Shown: positions 36,011-50,670, counted from the first letter of the whole stretch. The stretch: DNA of 63,326 bases, filler included, from Octopus bimaculoides (GCF_001194135.2; 7 parts of 7 records of this genome joined end to end with filler, not necessarily neighbours in it), one strand, 5' to 3'. The notes: generated from the sequence alone by a model not told the origin. Numbers and translations are program-made.

Positions 36011-36572
36011 CGCCCTGATGCAAAATCAGACAGTGGCTCTCATGGCCTTTGATCTTGACTGATTGGAAGTGTTATCATGTACATATTTTGTCTTGGTATA
36101 AAAAATGGGCTACAACAAATATTCTGGTCAATACCACAGATTTGCTTGTTCGTTATTTGACCTTAACCAGTTGAGTATGTCCCTTGGTGGCTGACGATAT
36201 GTGCATCTCTGATCACGAGCAGAAGTAGTGGGGGAGCATCATAGCCATGTATTAAAAAGAATTCTTTGGGGTTTGGATAATTCATCTTTTGAAACATAGG
36301 TGTTTCATTCAACATCCTTAAACAACCCTTATTCAAGGACCTTTTGAGTGGGACGGGCTACTCAGTCTGGAGAAAATTCTAACAGGGCCCCACCTGTAAG
36401 GTCATAGGCTGTTTATCATCATATGAGATCACCATGTCGCGCACATATGATTGTGATGTATGTGCCTGGTGTACCCTTATCAGAAAGGTAGTCATGGTAG
36501 GAGTAATGGACTTCGCATATTTTTATATCCCAGAATCACTTTGATGGCATGCATTGCTCTTTCACTCGATGA
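36010..36572. mobile_element. Non-coding ~560-bp probable interspersed repeat inserted within (TAA)n
   Basis: Complex sequence bounded by (AAT)n at 35938-36008 and 36573-36615, with no ORF. Single copy in this window, so its repetitive status is inferred. Confidence 0.5.
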
Positions 36573-36574
36573 TG

Positions 36575-36616
<42 letters not shown>

Positions 36617-37339
36617 GATGGAAACGAAATTGACTGTCGTCTTCATGTTTTCTCGAATCGGTTATCTATTCTCCATTCTTCATTTCAATCACTGATCACA
36701 GTTAGATGATAATATTTGATTGATCGATACATCATTTATATTTCTTTTATTTTACTATTGTTTTTTTATTTACATTTATTTGCTTCTTTGTTGTGTGTTT
36801 TTTCTTTTATATTTTTGATCTAGTAGTGAAAGAAAGCATGTAAAACGGATATTAGATATGAGCTATCGATTAACTAGTTATCAGTGATAATCTATTGATC
36901 AATTATAGGCAATTAGTGAGCTGCAGTTATTTATTAGATAAATATCTCATCATGGTATTTGATAGAGTAAGATGTTCTGTTTACAGTCAAGAGGAAATTG
37001 AGTTACTTGTTTTAGAATAACGCTGTTCATAGGTTATATATTCAAACACACGATTGTCAATTTATATTGCTACGCAGCCTCATATTTAGATAAGCATAAA
37101 GAACAAAAAGATTGCACGGGAAAATTATCTCATATTTAAATAGAAACACCACCCCGAATTTAAATGATTGCGTGAACTCAAATCTCGACAGCCATGTGAC
37201 CAGTACCGGATTTACCATTGTGCTAAGGTGTGCTTAAGTACAGGGTTCCGTTGACCCCCAAAATTTTAACCACTCCTGAATTTCCTGAGCATGTACGCCG
37301 GACTGTCCTAGTAAGGAGTCTCATAACTTAAGTAGCATA

Positions 37340-37670
37340 GGAATTTGAACTCAGAACGTAAAGACAGACGAAATATCGCTAAGTATTTCGCCCGGCGTGC
37401 TAACCACTCTGCCAGCTCGCCGCCTTAATACGAGGACACTATTAAAGGAGCGAATTAGCAGAAATTGTTAGTATGTCGGACAAAGTGTTTAGAGGCATTT
37501 CTTCCGGCTTTATGTTTCTTTTCTTTTTGTTTTTTTAGTTTAAATCTCGTCAATGTTGACTTTGACTTTCATTCTTTCGGGGTCGATAAAATAAAGTACC
37601 AGTCAAATACTGGAATCAATGTAATCAACTAATATCCTCCCACTCAATTTTCTGGCCTAATGTCAAAATT
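37340..37670. mobile_element. Two family A SINE copies (37340-37426 minus; 37445-37670 plus)
   Basis: GAATTTGAACTCAGAACGTAAAGAC...GCCAGCTCGCCGCC, and TTTCATTCTTTCGGGGTCGATAAAATAAAGTACCAG. Confidence 0.75.
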
Positions 37671-37689
37671 TGGAAGCATTATTAAAACT

Positions 37690-37730
<41 letters not shown>

Positions 37731-37760
37731 ATATATATAATATATATATACATACATATA

Positions 37761-37792
<32 letters not shown>

Positions 37793-39296
37793 CCTAAATA
37801 AACAGAAAAANNNNNNNNNNNNNNNNNNNNNNNNNNNNNNNNNNNNNNNNNNNNNNNNNNNNNNNNNNNNNNNNNNNNNNNNNNNNNNNNNNNNNNNNNN
37901 NNNNNNNNNNNNNNNNNNNNNNNNNNNNNNNNNNNNNNNNNNNNNNNNNNNNNNNNNNNNNNNNNNNNNNNNNNNNNNNNNNNNNNNNNNNNNNNNNNNN
38001 NNNNNNNNNNNNNNNNNNNNNNNNNNNNNNNNNNNNNNNNNNNNNNNNNNNNNNNNNNNNNNNNNNNNNNNNNNNNNNNNNNNNNNNNNNNNNNNNNNNN
38101 NNNNNNNNNNNNNNNNNNNNNNNNNNNNNNNNNNNNNNNNNNNNNNNNNNNNNNNNNNNNNNNNNNNNNNNNNNNNNNNNNNNNNNNNNNNNNNNNNNNN
38201 NNNNNNNNNNNNNNNNNNNNNNNNNNNNNNNNNNNNNNNNNNNNNNNNNNNNNNNNNNNNNNNNNNNNNNNNNNNNNNNNNNNNNNNNNNNNNNNNNNNN
38301 NNNNNNNNNNNNNNNNNNNNNNNNNNNNNNNNNNNNNNNNNNNNNNNNNNNNNNNNNNNNNNNNNNNNNNNNNNNNNNNNNNNNNNNNNNNNNNNNNNNN
38401 NNNNNNNNNNNNNNNNNNNNNNNNNNNNNNNNNNNNNNNNNNNNNNNNNNNNNNNNNNNNNNNNNNNNNNNNNNNNNNNNNNNNNNNNNNNNNNNNNNNN
38501 NNNNNNNNNNNNNNNNNNNNNNNNNNNNNNNNNNNNNNNNNNNNNNNNNNNNNNNNNNNNNNNNNNNNNNNNNNNNNNNNNNNNNNNNNNNNNNNNNNNN
38601 NNNNNNNNNNNNNNNNNNNNNNNNNNNNNNNNNNNNNNNNNNNNNNNNNNNNNNNNNNNNNNNNNNNNNNNNNNNNNNNNNNNNNNATATATATATATAT
38701 ATATATCAATTTTCCCTCTTCTTTTTCACAATCATTGTGATTTTCCCAGGTTATTTCTATTTTATTTTCGAATTCATGTTCTTTGTTTTGTTTTTTGTTG
38801 GGTTTTTTTTTTTGCTTTTGTTATTGTTTTGTTTTTTGTTTCATAAATTCGTTTCGTTGATATTTTTTTTTATTGATTTATTTATATTGCAAATATCTGC
38901 AGATATTCTCACGAAAACCAATAAAAGTTACAAGAAATAACAAAATGGCGAATTTTATACCCTTTCTTGGTCGCCATTGTTAACACATGGCTTCATAGAG
39001 TGGTCTGCTTATAAACTGCAGCTTGCTTTGCTTGACAATATGTCTCTGGACAATGGAGAGCTTCGGTAAAGTCACACAATAAAACACAGAGCTTACTCAA
39101 CTTTCTAGGACAGTATTGTGGTATTTCTGTCCATCTTTCTTATCGATATCTCTATCGATCTCTGTCTATTGATTTCGATCAGCTTTATTACGTCAGCCGC
39201 ATGACACGATTTTCAGCACAAAAGGATCAGATTAAACGACTCACAACTGAGCTTATATTTAAATATTAGTATCTGTACATATAAGTGTGTACAAAA

Positions 39297-39352
<56 letters not shown>

Positions 39353-41906
39353 GTATAATATATTTATGTATGTATACACATATATAATTATATACGCATA
39401 TATAAATAGATGTATGCAAAATTCATAAATGTAATACAAGGTGCAAAATATATCTGTAAAAACATAGATGTAATACATGTGTGTGTGTGTTTACTCCTTA
39501 TATACACAGAAACACAGGCATGCATACGCACATATGCATACATACACAAATATATATGTATACATACATACATGCATACTCACATACATACAAACATTCA
39601 GACATGCATACAGAAGATATTTCATGTATTCTAAGATATTGAATTCAGACTTGGAAAAAATCGGTATGTGTGTATAAATGTCAACACATGGATATAGGCA
39701 TGTATATTTATGCATGTATATGTCTGTATATGTATGTGTGTATGTATGTATGTATGTATGTATGTATGTATGTATGCATGTACTGCAATNNNNNNNNNNN
39801 NNNNNNNNNNNNNNNNNNNNNNNNNNNNNNNNNNNNNNNNNNNNNNNNNNNNNNNNNNNNNNNNNNNNNNNNNNNNNNNNNNNNNNNNNNNNNNNNNNNN
39901 NNNNNNNNNNNNNNNNNNNNNNNNNNNNNNNNNNNNNNNNNNNNNNNNNNNNNNNNNNNNNNNNNNNNNNNNNNNNNNNNNNNNNNNNNNNNNNNNNNNN
40001 NNNNNNNNNNNNNNNNNNNNNNNNNNNNNNNNNNNNNNNNNNNNNNNNNNNNNNNNNNNNNNNNNNNNNNNNNNNNNNNNNNNNNNNNNNNNNNNNNNNN
40101 NNNNNNNNNNNNNNNNNNNNNNNNNNNNNNNNNNNNNNNNNNNNNNNNNNNNNNNNNNNNNNNNNNNNNNNNNNNNNNNNNNNNNNNNNNNNNNNNNNNN
40201 NNNNNNNNNNNNNNNNNNNNNNNNNNNNNNNNNNNNNNNNNNNNNNNNNNNNNNNNNNNNNNNNNNNNNNNNNNNNNNNNNNNNNNNNNNNNNNNNNNNN
40301 NNNNNNNNNNNNNNNNNNNNNNNNNNNNNNNNNNNNNNNNNNNNNNNNNNNNNNNNNNNNNNNNNNNNNNNNNNNNNNNNNNNNNNNNNNNNNNNNNNNN
40401 NNNNNNNNNNNNNNNNNNNNNNNNNNNNNNNNNNNNNNNNNNNNNNNNNNNNNNNNNNNNNNNNNNNNNNNNNNNNNNNNNNNNNNNNNNNNNNNNNNNN
40501 NNNNNNNNNNNNNNNNNNNNNNNNNNNNNNNNNNNNNNNNNNNNNNNNNNNNNNNNNNNNNNNNNNNNNNNNNNNNNNNNNNNNNNNNNNNNNNNNNNNN
40601 NNNNNNNNNTATATATATATATATATGTATTTATATATGTATTAATACATTTGTGATTGTGTGTATGTAACTTGGGCGTCCACATGAATCATTTTAACGT
40701 GCTCAATGCGTCTAATGGTATTTATTCATTTATTCGAAAATAAGGCTTCATCCATCACCCAACTCTGCGTTTCCATTTTGATAATACGTGATATAATCTC
40801 ACGTGATGAAAAGTGCTACTTAATCAATACATAATTACTTCCTTTTAAGGTCATTTGTTCAAATCTCAACTGACTTCTACCTTTTGAAGATGAATCATCT
40901 CAGTTAACTCATCTGCTAAAAAAAATAGATCCCAGTTCTTTAAGATGGCCAATTAGCCGAGTCGTTAGAGCTTTAGGTAAATTGTACTGCGCTTATTGTT
41001 CCGTCTCTGTGCGCACGGAGCCCAAAACCCGTCTTTTGAGGTTGATGAATCAAGTACCATTCTTGTACTTTGCTCGATTTCATTTCTCGTTCTATAATTC
41101 TTTCTTTCTGTCAATCTGCTTCTCTGGAGAAATAGTCTGTGGCTAAGCCTAGCAAGAGATGATCACACATACATGCATATATATATATATANNNNNNNNN
41201 NNNNNNNNNNNNNNNNNNNNNNNNNNNNNNNNNNNNNNNNNNNNNNNNNNNNNNNNNNNNNNNNNNNNNNNNNNNNNNNNNNNNNNNNNNNNNNNNNNNN
41301 NNNNNNNNNNNNNNNNNNNNNNNNNNNNNNNNNNNNNNNNNNNNNNNNNNNNNNNNNNNNNNNNNNNNNNNNNNNNNNNNNNNNNNNNNNNNNNNNNNNN
41401 NNNNNNNNNNNNNNNNNNNNNNNNNNNNNNNNNNNNNNNNNNNNNNNNNNNNNNNNNNNNNNNNNNNNNNNNNNNNNNNNNNNNNNNNNNNNNNNNNNNN
41501 NNNNNNNNNNNNNNNNNNNNNNNNNNNNNATATGGAAAAAAGACAAAGTAGAAAATGCTAAAATACATTTATAAAAAACATTTCAGTACCGGTTTAGATC
41601 CTTGAGATCTTTTCAACAGTAAATATGGATAACAAATTTTGGCAAAATTAAATTTTGGCAAATTTAAATGAAAAGTCTTTTTAAAAACATATTTGTATAG
41701 TATTCAAATACCAGGGGCATTTTCTTGTTTCTGTCTATCTCTGTTTCACTTGTTAACTCTTGTGTGTTCGTGTATGTGTGTATATATATATGCATGTATG
41801 CATGTGTACATTATATATATCTATATATAATATGTATATGTATGTATACAATCAGTTCAAAAAACGATGTATGTATATATATACATGTATATATATATAT
41901 GTATGT

Positions 41907-41937
<31 letters not shown>

Positions 41938-42749
41938 CAAATACATAAATATATATATATATATGTATATATATACATGTATGTATGTATACAAACACAT
42001 AAACATATATATGACTTGAGAACAAAATTCCTTTACTGCGTTATTGGCACGCATTCTCCTACTGTAAGTGGGACAGTTAGATAATTAAGAAAACTTTATG
42101 GAAATTAACCATTTCATTCCACCCAAAATCTATGTGATTCTACACATAGTTTTTGTGATTTTGCGCAAACTGTCAATAATTCCACACGCATTTCTTATGA
42201 TTCTACGCAAAAGACTTGTAAAATTCTACAAGAACGTTATGGTTCTTAAAACTATAGAGATGTTTTCACTTAATTTGCAGAATACTACACAGATTCTCCA
42301 TAGTTCTACATGAATGGTAACTATAATATACACCATGCTATCATTGCAACTTATGATGTTATACATACGTACATACATACATACATAGTACAGCAAACTG
42401 TCCTTTTTTGCGTCGAGGGCTTATATGTCCCATTATTAGACTATGTGACTATTATTAGATTATTGTTAGATTATAATGACAGTATTAGACTATTAGATTT
42501 TTGGACTATTATTAGACATTATTAGATATTATTAGACTTAGTCAATGCACGATGATCGCTTATAAGCTTTAAGCTTATAAAATAATATTATTATCATTAT
42601 ATATATATATGTACACACACATGCATATATATATATATATATATATTCTTTTTATGTGCTTGTTTCCTGATATTAAATTGATATTAATTAATATCAAACT
42701 TTTTACCCTACTGTTTAATTTAATTAACCATAACCACGTTCTCAAAGTT

Positions 42750-42816
<67 letters not shown>

Positions 42817-43321
42817 CGTCTGTCACTTCATGTAGTAACAACGTTCTATAGACAGAAAGATGTGTTTCCCTGTTTAAAGTTTTAAATCATTTTTCGAAGT
42901 TTCTGTCCCACATATTCAGTAGGAGGTGTTGTAATATCAAATTACAGCAGGAGGCCCTATAGTCTATATATTATTATATACACTCCCTGCTTTTATTGTA
43001 GGCTGCAGACGATAGCTGGCTGTTTTTGGTTGTGGTAGAGTGGCATACACTACATATGGAATGTTGAGAACTTTCCACATATATAATCCAATAGTATACA
43101 TATACATTCATGTGTATATGCAAGGATGTACGTACGTACGGATTTATGTATGCATGTATCTATGTATTTATGTATGTATGTATGTATGTATGTATATATA
43201 CGTACATATATATACATACACACATATATAACACAGCAATACACATGCCCACACTCTGACACACACACACACACACACATGTAGTAATGTAAATAAATAT
43301 ACTATGTTTATATAGATATAC

Positions 43322-43407
<86 letters not shown>

Positions 43408-44518
43408 GTACATGTATGGATATATATTTATACACACACACATACATATACACATATATATATATACGCATATATGCATTGATGCCTGTACATATATGAT
43501 TGTGTGTGTGTGTGTGAGAGAGAGAGAGAGTATTGCATCATACCATAACCATGGTTAGTATGACACTAATTAGTCCATCGATTTGCCAGAAATAGCAACC
43601 GAATTTTACTTGAAACCAGCATCGGAACACACCCGTCGTTAATAAAACATCAAATGACACCTGGAAAGATACAAGCGAAATGTCATCAAGTATGGATAAC
43701 ATAATGACTGGATGGTCACGGTTGGAGAGCATTTGATTATAAGTGTACTGGATCAGCACTGACAGAGTCAAACAACAGGAACAACAACGAACTGTTCACA
43801 GGTGGACAGATGAAAAGGTTGGAGATCCATTATTAATCCACCCAAATATTAATTGCTTTGATAGTAAGACGTTATCGGAGGGAATGTGACATGCTAATCC
43901 AGGGACAACGTCTTCGTTCCTGCGTCAGCGTTAATAACGAAAAGAAAATATCAGTGAAATATAGAATATATATCCTTTAACGAGTGAGTGCTCCAGCATG
44001 AGCGCAAATCCTACTATAATGAATTAACTTAGATATACCGAAACGTACATAAGATGAATAAATAAATATATATGTATATNNNNNNNNNNNNNNNNNNNNN
44101 NNNNNNNNNNNNNNNNNNNNNNNNNNNNNNNNNNNNNNNNNNNNNNNNNNNNNNNNNNNNNNNNNNNNNNNNNNNNNNNATGTATGTGTATATGTGTGCC
44201 CATACACATACATATATATGCATTAAACACGCACAAAGTTAGATTCTAATATGCATGACTGACTGCGTAGAGGACATTTCTATAAAATGACAGGTAAAGG
44301 AATACGCACACAGCAAATGGCAAAGATCAATACAGAGATCGATATAGGCTAATCGATACTGGTAACCAAAATAGCGTTCGTTTTTACATCTTGCACGTTG
44401 CTGCGTTTACAGCTGACGGAACATAATTATCGATGACAACATGCGCGCATGTCAGAGATTACACACACGCGCACACACACTGATATACACACGCACACAA
44501 ACACACACACACACACAT

Positions 44519-44573
<55 letters not shown>

Positions 44574-46659
44574 NNNNNNNNNNNNNNNNNNNNNNNNNNN
44601 NNNNNNNNNNNNNNNNNTTAATTAATTAANNNNNNNNNNNNNNNNNNNNNNNNNNNNNNNNNNNNNNNNNNNNAGTCAGACCTTCTGAAGAAACCTAGAG
44701 GCACATCTACTATCCAAGCCTTGTCGGCTCATCCCTACATAACACTGAAGAGATGGAGATAACCTGAAAGATTTTGTTGCCCCTTGGCAGAAACGGCTGT
44801 AAGGAACTAGTACCTGCACACCCATTTAGTTTTTTGCCAATTTGCTCATTTGTTTCTATATGCTTATATGTATTCACACCCTTGTTTATGCAGTTACCAG
44901 CTTTTTCCACTTGATAATCTGTACCACTCATACATGTGTGTGTATTCATCCAATACATTTGAATAACTAGACATACTGGAATGTTTACCGGCTGATGTCT
45001 GTCGATTTTATATTCTCTCCATTTTCTTATTTGCCATATAAATCAAGGGTAAACTACTCGTTTACCCCCGCCCATATATAATACTCAATTGCGAGATTGC
45101 TATGCAATAACTAACACTTGGCTATGAATAATTGGGTACACTACCAGTAGTATATTGGATAGGTACTATCCCTTAGTTGGTTTCTCAACCTCTAACTCAC
45201 ATAGAAATATATATACATATACATGCATTCATATATACATATTTATATATACATACATTCATACATATATATGCACACGCATACATACACACGTGTACCC
45301 AAACACACTCATATATTTATTTCAAATGTATTTAGACATTGGGAAATAACTACAATAATATGCAAAAAGATAATTAACAAATTTATAAAGAGCCTACAAA
45401 GAAAGAAGAAAAAAAACTGGTCCTACCTGTATTAAAACATGATAATATCAGACTATGGAACTGAAATAATATATTAAACCAGAATTGTGTATGAAATTAA
45501 AAGAATGAACTGACAAATATACTACTGCTTAACTTTTATAACACTGCTAGTGTCTAGATAGATGGATGGAGAGACAGATGGTTGAGATGGCAGTTTAATT
45601 CAGACACTGACTGCTATAATCCAAGAAACTTTTATGAAGCATTGCTAGTGCAATTACCCCTAATAAATAAATCATTTCTTTATTATTACTATTATTATCG
45701 TTAATTTTTTTTTTGTCTTTCCTGTTATTCAGGTTAGTTTTGCTATTTTCTTAGACAACAATCCATCAGAATTTCCCTGTCTTTCTTTCTCTCTCTCTGT
45801 CTTTTTCACTTTCTCTCATTCTCTTTTACACACACCACACATATGCAATTTGCTGATGGTAGTTCATGTCATGGGGAATGAGAAAATTGTGAGTTGCAAA
45901 TAGCTGATAGCCAGCCACAAAAAAAAAAATTATACATATGATTATATGGGTGTCTCTCTCTCTCTTTAAAGCAGCATTACCTATGAGGAGGTTCACTGTT
46001 ATTGTACTGATGATACTCTTTGTGGCTTGTAAAACGGCTTTGATAGTGCATGAATTGAAGTGATAGCTGCTGTATATAATCTAATCAACAGATAATGTTG
46101 TCATGGCTGACCTAACAGAACTGGCTAATTGGATTGTTATGCAGGTGTGTGTATATTGTTAGCTACTGATTAACTGTTGGTTCTGTTTACTTCTGGATAC
46201 CATATCAACCATTATTATGTCTTGTATAGGTTTTCGTTTCACTTGGCTAAACATTCTATTTTCAACCATTTATATCCTTGATCAGATTGAACCAACTACA
46301 AACTCCATAAATATCTAATGGAAAAATTATATAGAAGAATGTGATATAATGATTATTATTGTGGAGGGGTCAAAATAACTGAGCGGATAAGGCTTTTCTA
46401 CTTTATCACTTCAGAATGATTTCACAAGTGCCACTTCTTAGGAAGCCTGTTAATGCTCAGCATTGCCCTTTCTGAGTTAGGAAGCTCAGAAAGAGAAGGG
46501 CAATTGTTGTACTTGTTTAGCACCAGGTGAGCTCTGATTGAGCAGACTCATGATCAAAGGCCCATACTATTTTTTAAACAGCAACTAAGCCCATACAGTT
46601 TCTTAAAACTGTTTTTCTTTACATTATCCAGTATATCCTTCATTTTTTTAAAAAGATGC

Positions 46660-49468
46660 AGGTGTGACAGTGTGTTAAAAAGTCCCCTTTGCAACCACAT
46701 AGCTCTGGGTTCAGTTCCACTGCATGTTTTCTACTATGGCACTGGGCTGACCAAAGCCTTGTGATGGGATTTGGTAGATGTAAATTGAGGGAAGCACATC
46801 TATATACAAATATACATGCACACACACACGTGTGTGTGTTGGTATTTCCTTGCCTTGACATTGCATGGTAGTTGTAAAAAATGTTACCATCATGCAAATA
46901 GTGTTCTTCATTTTCAATCTTCCATGAAAATATATCAATTCATGAGGAAATATTCCCTTGCTTGGAAACAGGTAAAGGTTGCTGATAGGAAGGACACATA
47001 TGTATACATACACATACACACACACACAAGATGGGTTTCCAAACAGTTTCCCTATAGTAAATTCACTTATGAGGTTCAGGGCTATGGTAGACACTTGCCC
47101 AAGGTGCCTTGCAGTGGGAGAGAAATTGAAACCATGTGGTTGCAAAGTAAGTTTCTTAACCACACAGCCATGTTTGTACTTGAACTCTTTCTTTCTTTTA
47201 TTAATTACATACAACTGTGTGCATGTAGCTTAGTCAGAACCATAGCCCTAAAACAAGTAGAAAATATCAAAAAAAAATTGTTTTCTCTTATCATCCATCT
47301 TCATATGTTGTAAGCTGTAACTTGTAACTAGTCTACAAGTTTCAGTTGGTAGATAGACATTTCAAGACAGAATAAAGAAATATATAAATATTTATGGATC
47401 TAGCATTGAACTGTGAAATATATGTGAAAGGTGAGCTACTTATCGTTGTTATTTAACATTTTTCTTCGTAATCTGAAAATACATCAGCCTTTAACAACGG
47501 CTGACATTCCACAAAGCACAAGTGAAACCTTGGGCAAGTGTCTTCTACTATGACATTGGGCTGACCAAAGCCTCATGACAGGGATTTGGTAGACGTAGAC
47601 TGAAAGAAGCGCATCTATATACAGATATATATATAGATACATGCACACACACACACATATATATATGTATGTGTATGTGTGCATATATATGTGCGTATGT
47701 GTGTTTTTGTGTCTGTGTTTGTACACCACTGCTTGACAACCAGTGTTGGTGTATTTATGTCCCCATGACTTAGTAGTTTGCCAAATGAGACCAATAGAAT
47801 AAGTACCAGTTTTTAAAAAAATAAGTACTGGGGTTGATACATTCAACTAAAATTTCTTAAAGGTGGTGCTCCAACATGAACATAGTCTAATGAATGAAAC
47901 AAGTAAAAGATAAAAGATGTGTGTGTGTGTGTGCCTTTGTGTTTGTCTCCTCCACCACATGACTACTGGTGTTGGTTTGTATGTATCCTGTAACTTAGCA
48001 GTTCAGCAAAAGAGACCGATAGAATAAGTACTACGCTTAAAAAATAGTAGTGGGGTTGATTTATTTGAAGACCCTTCAAGGTGGTGTCCCATCATGGCCA
48101 CAGTCCAATGACTGAAACAAAAAATAAAAGCTAAAAGATAAATGTACAGCATCGAATGCATTTTTCTCATAAATTACTGTATCACTTTCCTTTCACCTCA
48201 TCACTTAACTCTTTAGTATTCAGATTATTCTACCAAATGTATAATGCTTCTTTATTCTGTTTTGAATTAAGCATTACTTATAGCTTTGAAATTTCAACGA
48301 TATGATTGTATAGTTTTAGAATGATATTGTAGGGTTAGATGTGAGAGGCCAGATCTGGCTGGTTTGAGTGTAAAACAGGTAGAATATTTGGGCTGGATAT
48401 GGCTGGTTTAAATGCTAAAGGGTTATGGTTGTCTAGGGAACCAAATTGCTGCTCAGTATAAAAATCTTGGTTTCTGCATATTTTCCCTTTGCTTGAGAGA
48501 ATGATGTTTAAGATCAATATAACTTATGGGCTTGTTTCATTAACTGGGATATAATAAAATAAACAAAATAAATATATAAATAAAATAAAATAATAAAAAG
48601 CATCAATATGCAACTGAGTTATAATCTACAGGATGTAATAACTGTAATGTTATTATATTCAAATGTAATAAATCAGAGAAATAGGATACGTCAATAATGT
48701 GTATTTAAAACAAGCTGGAAATCATACAAATGTATAATATCTTTGATCTCAATTATCAAAGGGTGAACTAGTATAACTATGATCAAGTATTGGTGGCTGG
48801 AGGCCAATAGAAGCAAAACCAATATAAGCATTAACATACTAAAATATTTTATCCAGAATACAGCACAACAAAACATGCCACGATGAACTGAGAGAAAGCT
48901 AAATTGGATAATGGAAACCTGGAAAACCCTAATATAGACAGGATGATCATGGCTGGGGTACCTTGAACACAGGTCAGCTCAAGGTTGAACAGCGACAAGA
49001 TGGGCCTACATGTTATAGATGCTTGTTGGGGTTGACAAGATGAATAAACAGAGATGAGTAATCCAAAACAATTTGTGTGTATGTAGAGGGATTTACTCTT
49101 TTACACTATAATTTGTTTCAGTTGTTGGACTGTGGCCATGTTGGAGCACTACAGATAAAACCTGGTACTTATTTTAAGTCTGGCATTTATTCTATCAGTC
49201 TCTTTTGCCAAACCACTAGGTTATGTGTATATAAACAACTCAACACTAGTTGAGAAGCAGTGGAGGGACAAATACACATACACACATACATGAACGCACA
49301 TGGATGTGCAAGTATGACTGTGTGATAGAGAAGCTTGCTTCCTGACCACATAGTTTTAGGTTCAATCCTATTGTGTGGCACCTTAGGCAAGTGTTTTCTA
49401 CTATTGCCCCAGGCTGACCAAAGCCTAGTGAGTGGATTGGGTAGACAGAAACTGAAAGAAACCTATTG

Positions 49469-49549
<81 letters not shown>

Positions 49550-49850
49550 TAGTGGTACAACAAGACACCAATGTTTATTGGAAATAGCAGTCGATACATT
49601 TACAACGCTATAGTAAAGCTTCAATGTGTATGTACTGGCAAAGACGTGTGAGGACAGCAAACATGAAAAATTTTGTCTTACCTCTAGAAAGAACATTAGA
49701 TAAATGGACAACCCAGAAGCAGATAATCCAGTACCTAGGTTTCGGACTCTTCAAATATGTTCGCCAACATAAATTTGATTAGTCTTAATCAGCTGGATTT
49801 ACCTCGACAATATTTCAAATGTTGTATATGTTATATATACATATATATAT

Positions 49851-49890
<40 letters not shown>

Positions 49891-50045
49891 ATTTCTTTCA
49901 GTTTCTGATTACCAAATCCACTGACTTGTCTTTAGTCAGTCTAGGGTATAGTTGAAGACACTCAACCAAGACCCTGCGCAATGGTACTGAACCCAAGACC
50001 ACAAGGTTGGGAAGCAAGCTTCTCAACCACCCAGCCATGCCCACA
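46660..50045. mobile_element. Cluster of CpG-decayed family B SINE copies (46660-46810, 47030-47170, 47500-47920, 47925-48140, 49090-49260, 49310-49470, 49885-50045)
   Basis: Each aligns with 26055-26220 or 28665-28893 (GG.CTGACCAAAGCC, GGTAGA...AAACTGAAAGAA, GATAGAATAAGTAC) but with CpG-to-TpG/CpA changes. Confidence 0.8.
48209..48422. mobile_element. piggyBac-like MITE (214 bp)
   Basis: TTAA|CTCTTTAGTATTCA ... TTAAATGCTAAAGGG|TTAT: imperfect ~14-bp TIRs with CYC/GGG ends. The left flank is TTAA and the right is TTAT (decayed TSD). Confidence 0.65.
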
Positions 50046-50499
50046 TCCCACCACTGATGCTAATGATAAATTACTAATGTTGTTATAATACTGTTTTAAT
50101 AAATCTGAGTTGAGTGATATATTCAGAACTAACAACTAGCTTTTCAAATTGTTAATACCTTCATTTCATAAGATATCCAGCAGCTGCCAGACATAAACCA
50201 CATACACAGACCAAGCCATGAGAGTACGGAAAGTAGATGCGTATGAATGAACAATGATGACAATGACGACGACAATTATTTGTCAACAACAATGGCAGCA
50301 ATAATATAAAATAAGCTTGCATGAGTAAGTAGACACACACAGGCGCACACACCACCACCATCACACATGACATTATATGAACAGATGTCTTTTTAAAGAA
50401 ATGAAAAGTCTGCAGTTCAATGGAAATAACTGACAGAAGAAATCTACATTATAAAATGATGATGATGATGATGATAGTAAGACATAAGGCGTAAAATAA

Positions 50500-50670
50500 A
50501 AAAATCGGTGGGGGGGAGTGTTAGTTGATTACATCAACCCCAGTGCTCAACTAAAAAATTATTTTATTGACCCCACTGAAAGGATAAAAAGCAAAGTTGA
50601 CCTCGGTGGAATTTGAATGTAAAGAACCAGAATAAATGCTGCTTAGCATTTTGTTTGATACACTAATGAA
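50500..50670 (-). mobile_element. Family A SINE, decayed
   Basis: GATTACATCAACCCCAGTG...GGATAAAAAGCAAAGTTGACCTCGGTGGAATTTGAA. Confidence 0.7.

Noticed and set aside
27467-40685. Long ORFs of 300-536 aa in the ORF track
   Set aside because: They consist of X residues from N gaps plus translated (CA)/(TA) microsatellites.
46463-46505. Hairpin ATTGCCCTTTCTGAG/CTCAGAAAG..GGGCAAT as a miRNA precursor
   Set aside because: It is short, bulged and looks like part of an interspersed repeat, and it matches no mature miRNA I recognise.
48691-48876. Signal-peptide-like MLMLILVLLLLASS
   Set aside because: Leu/Ile runs are expected from the antisense of A-rich sequence, and there is no splice donor or promoter.
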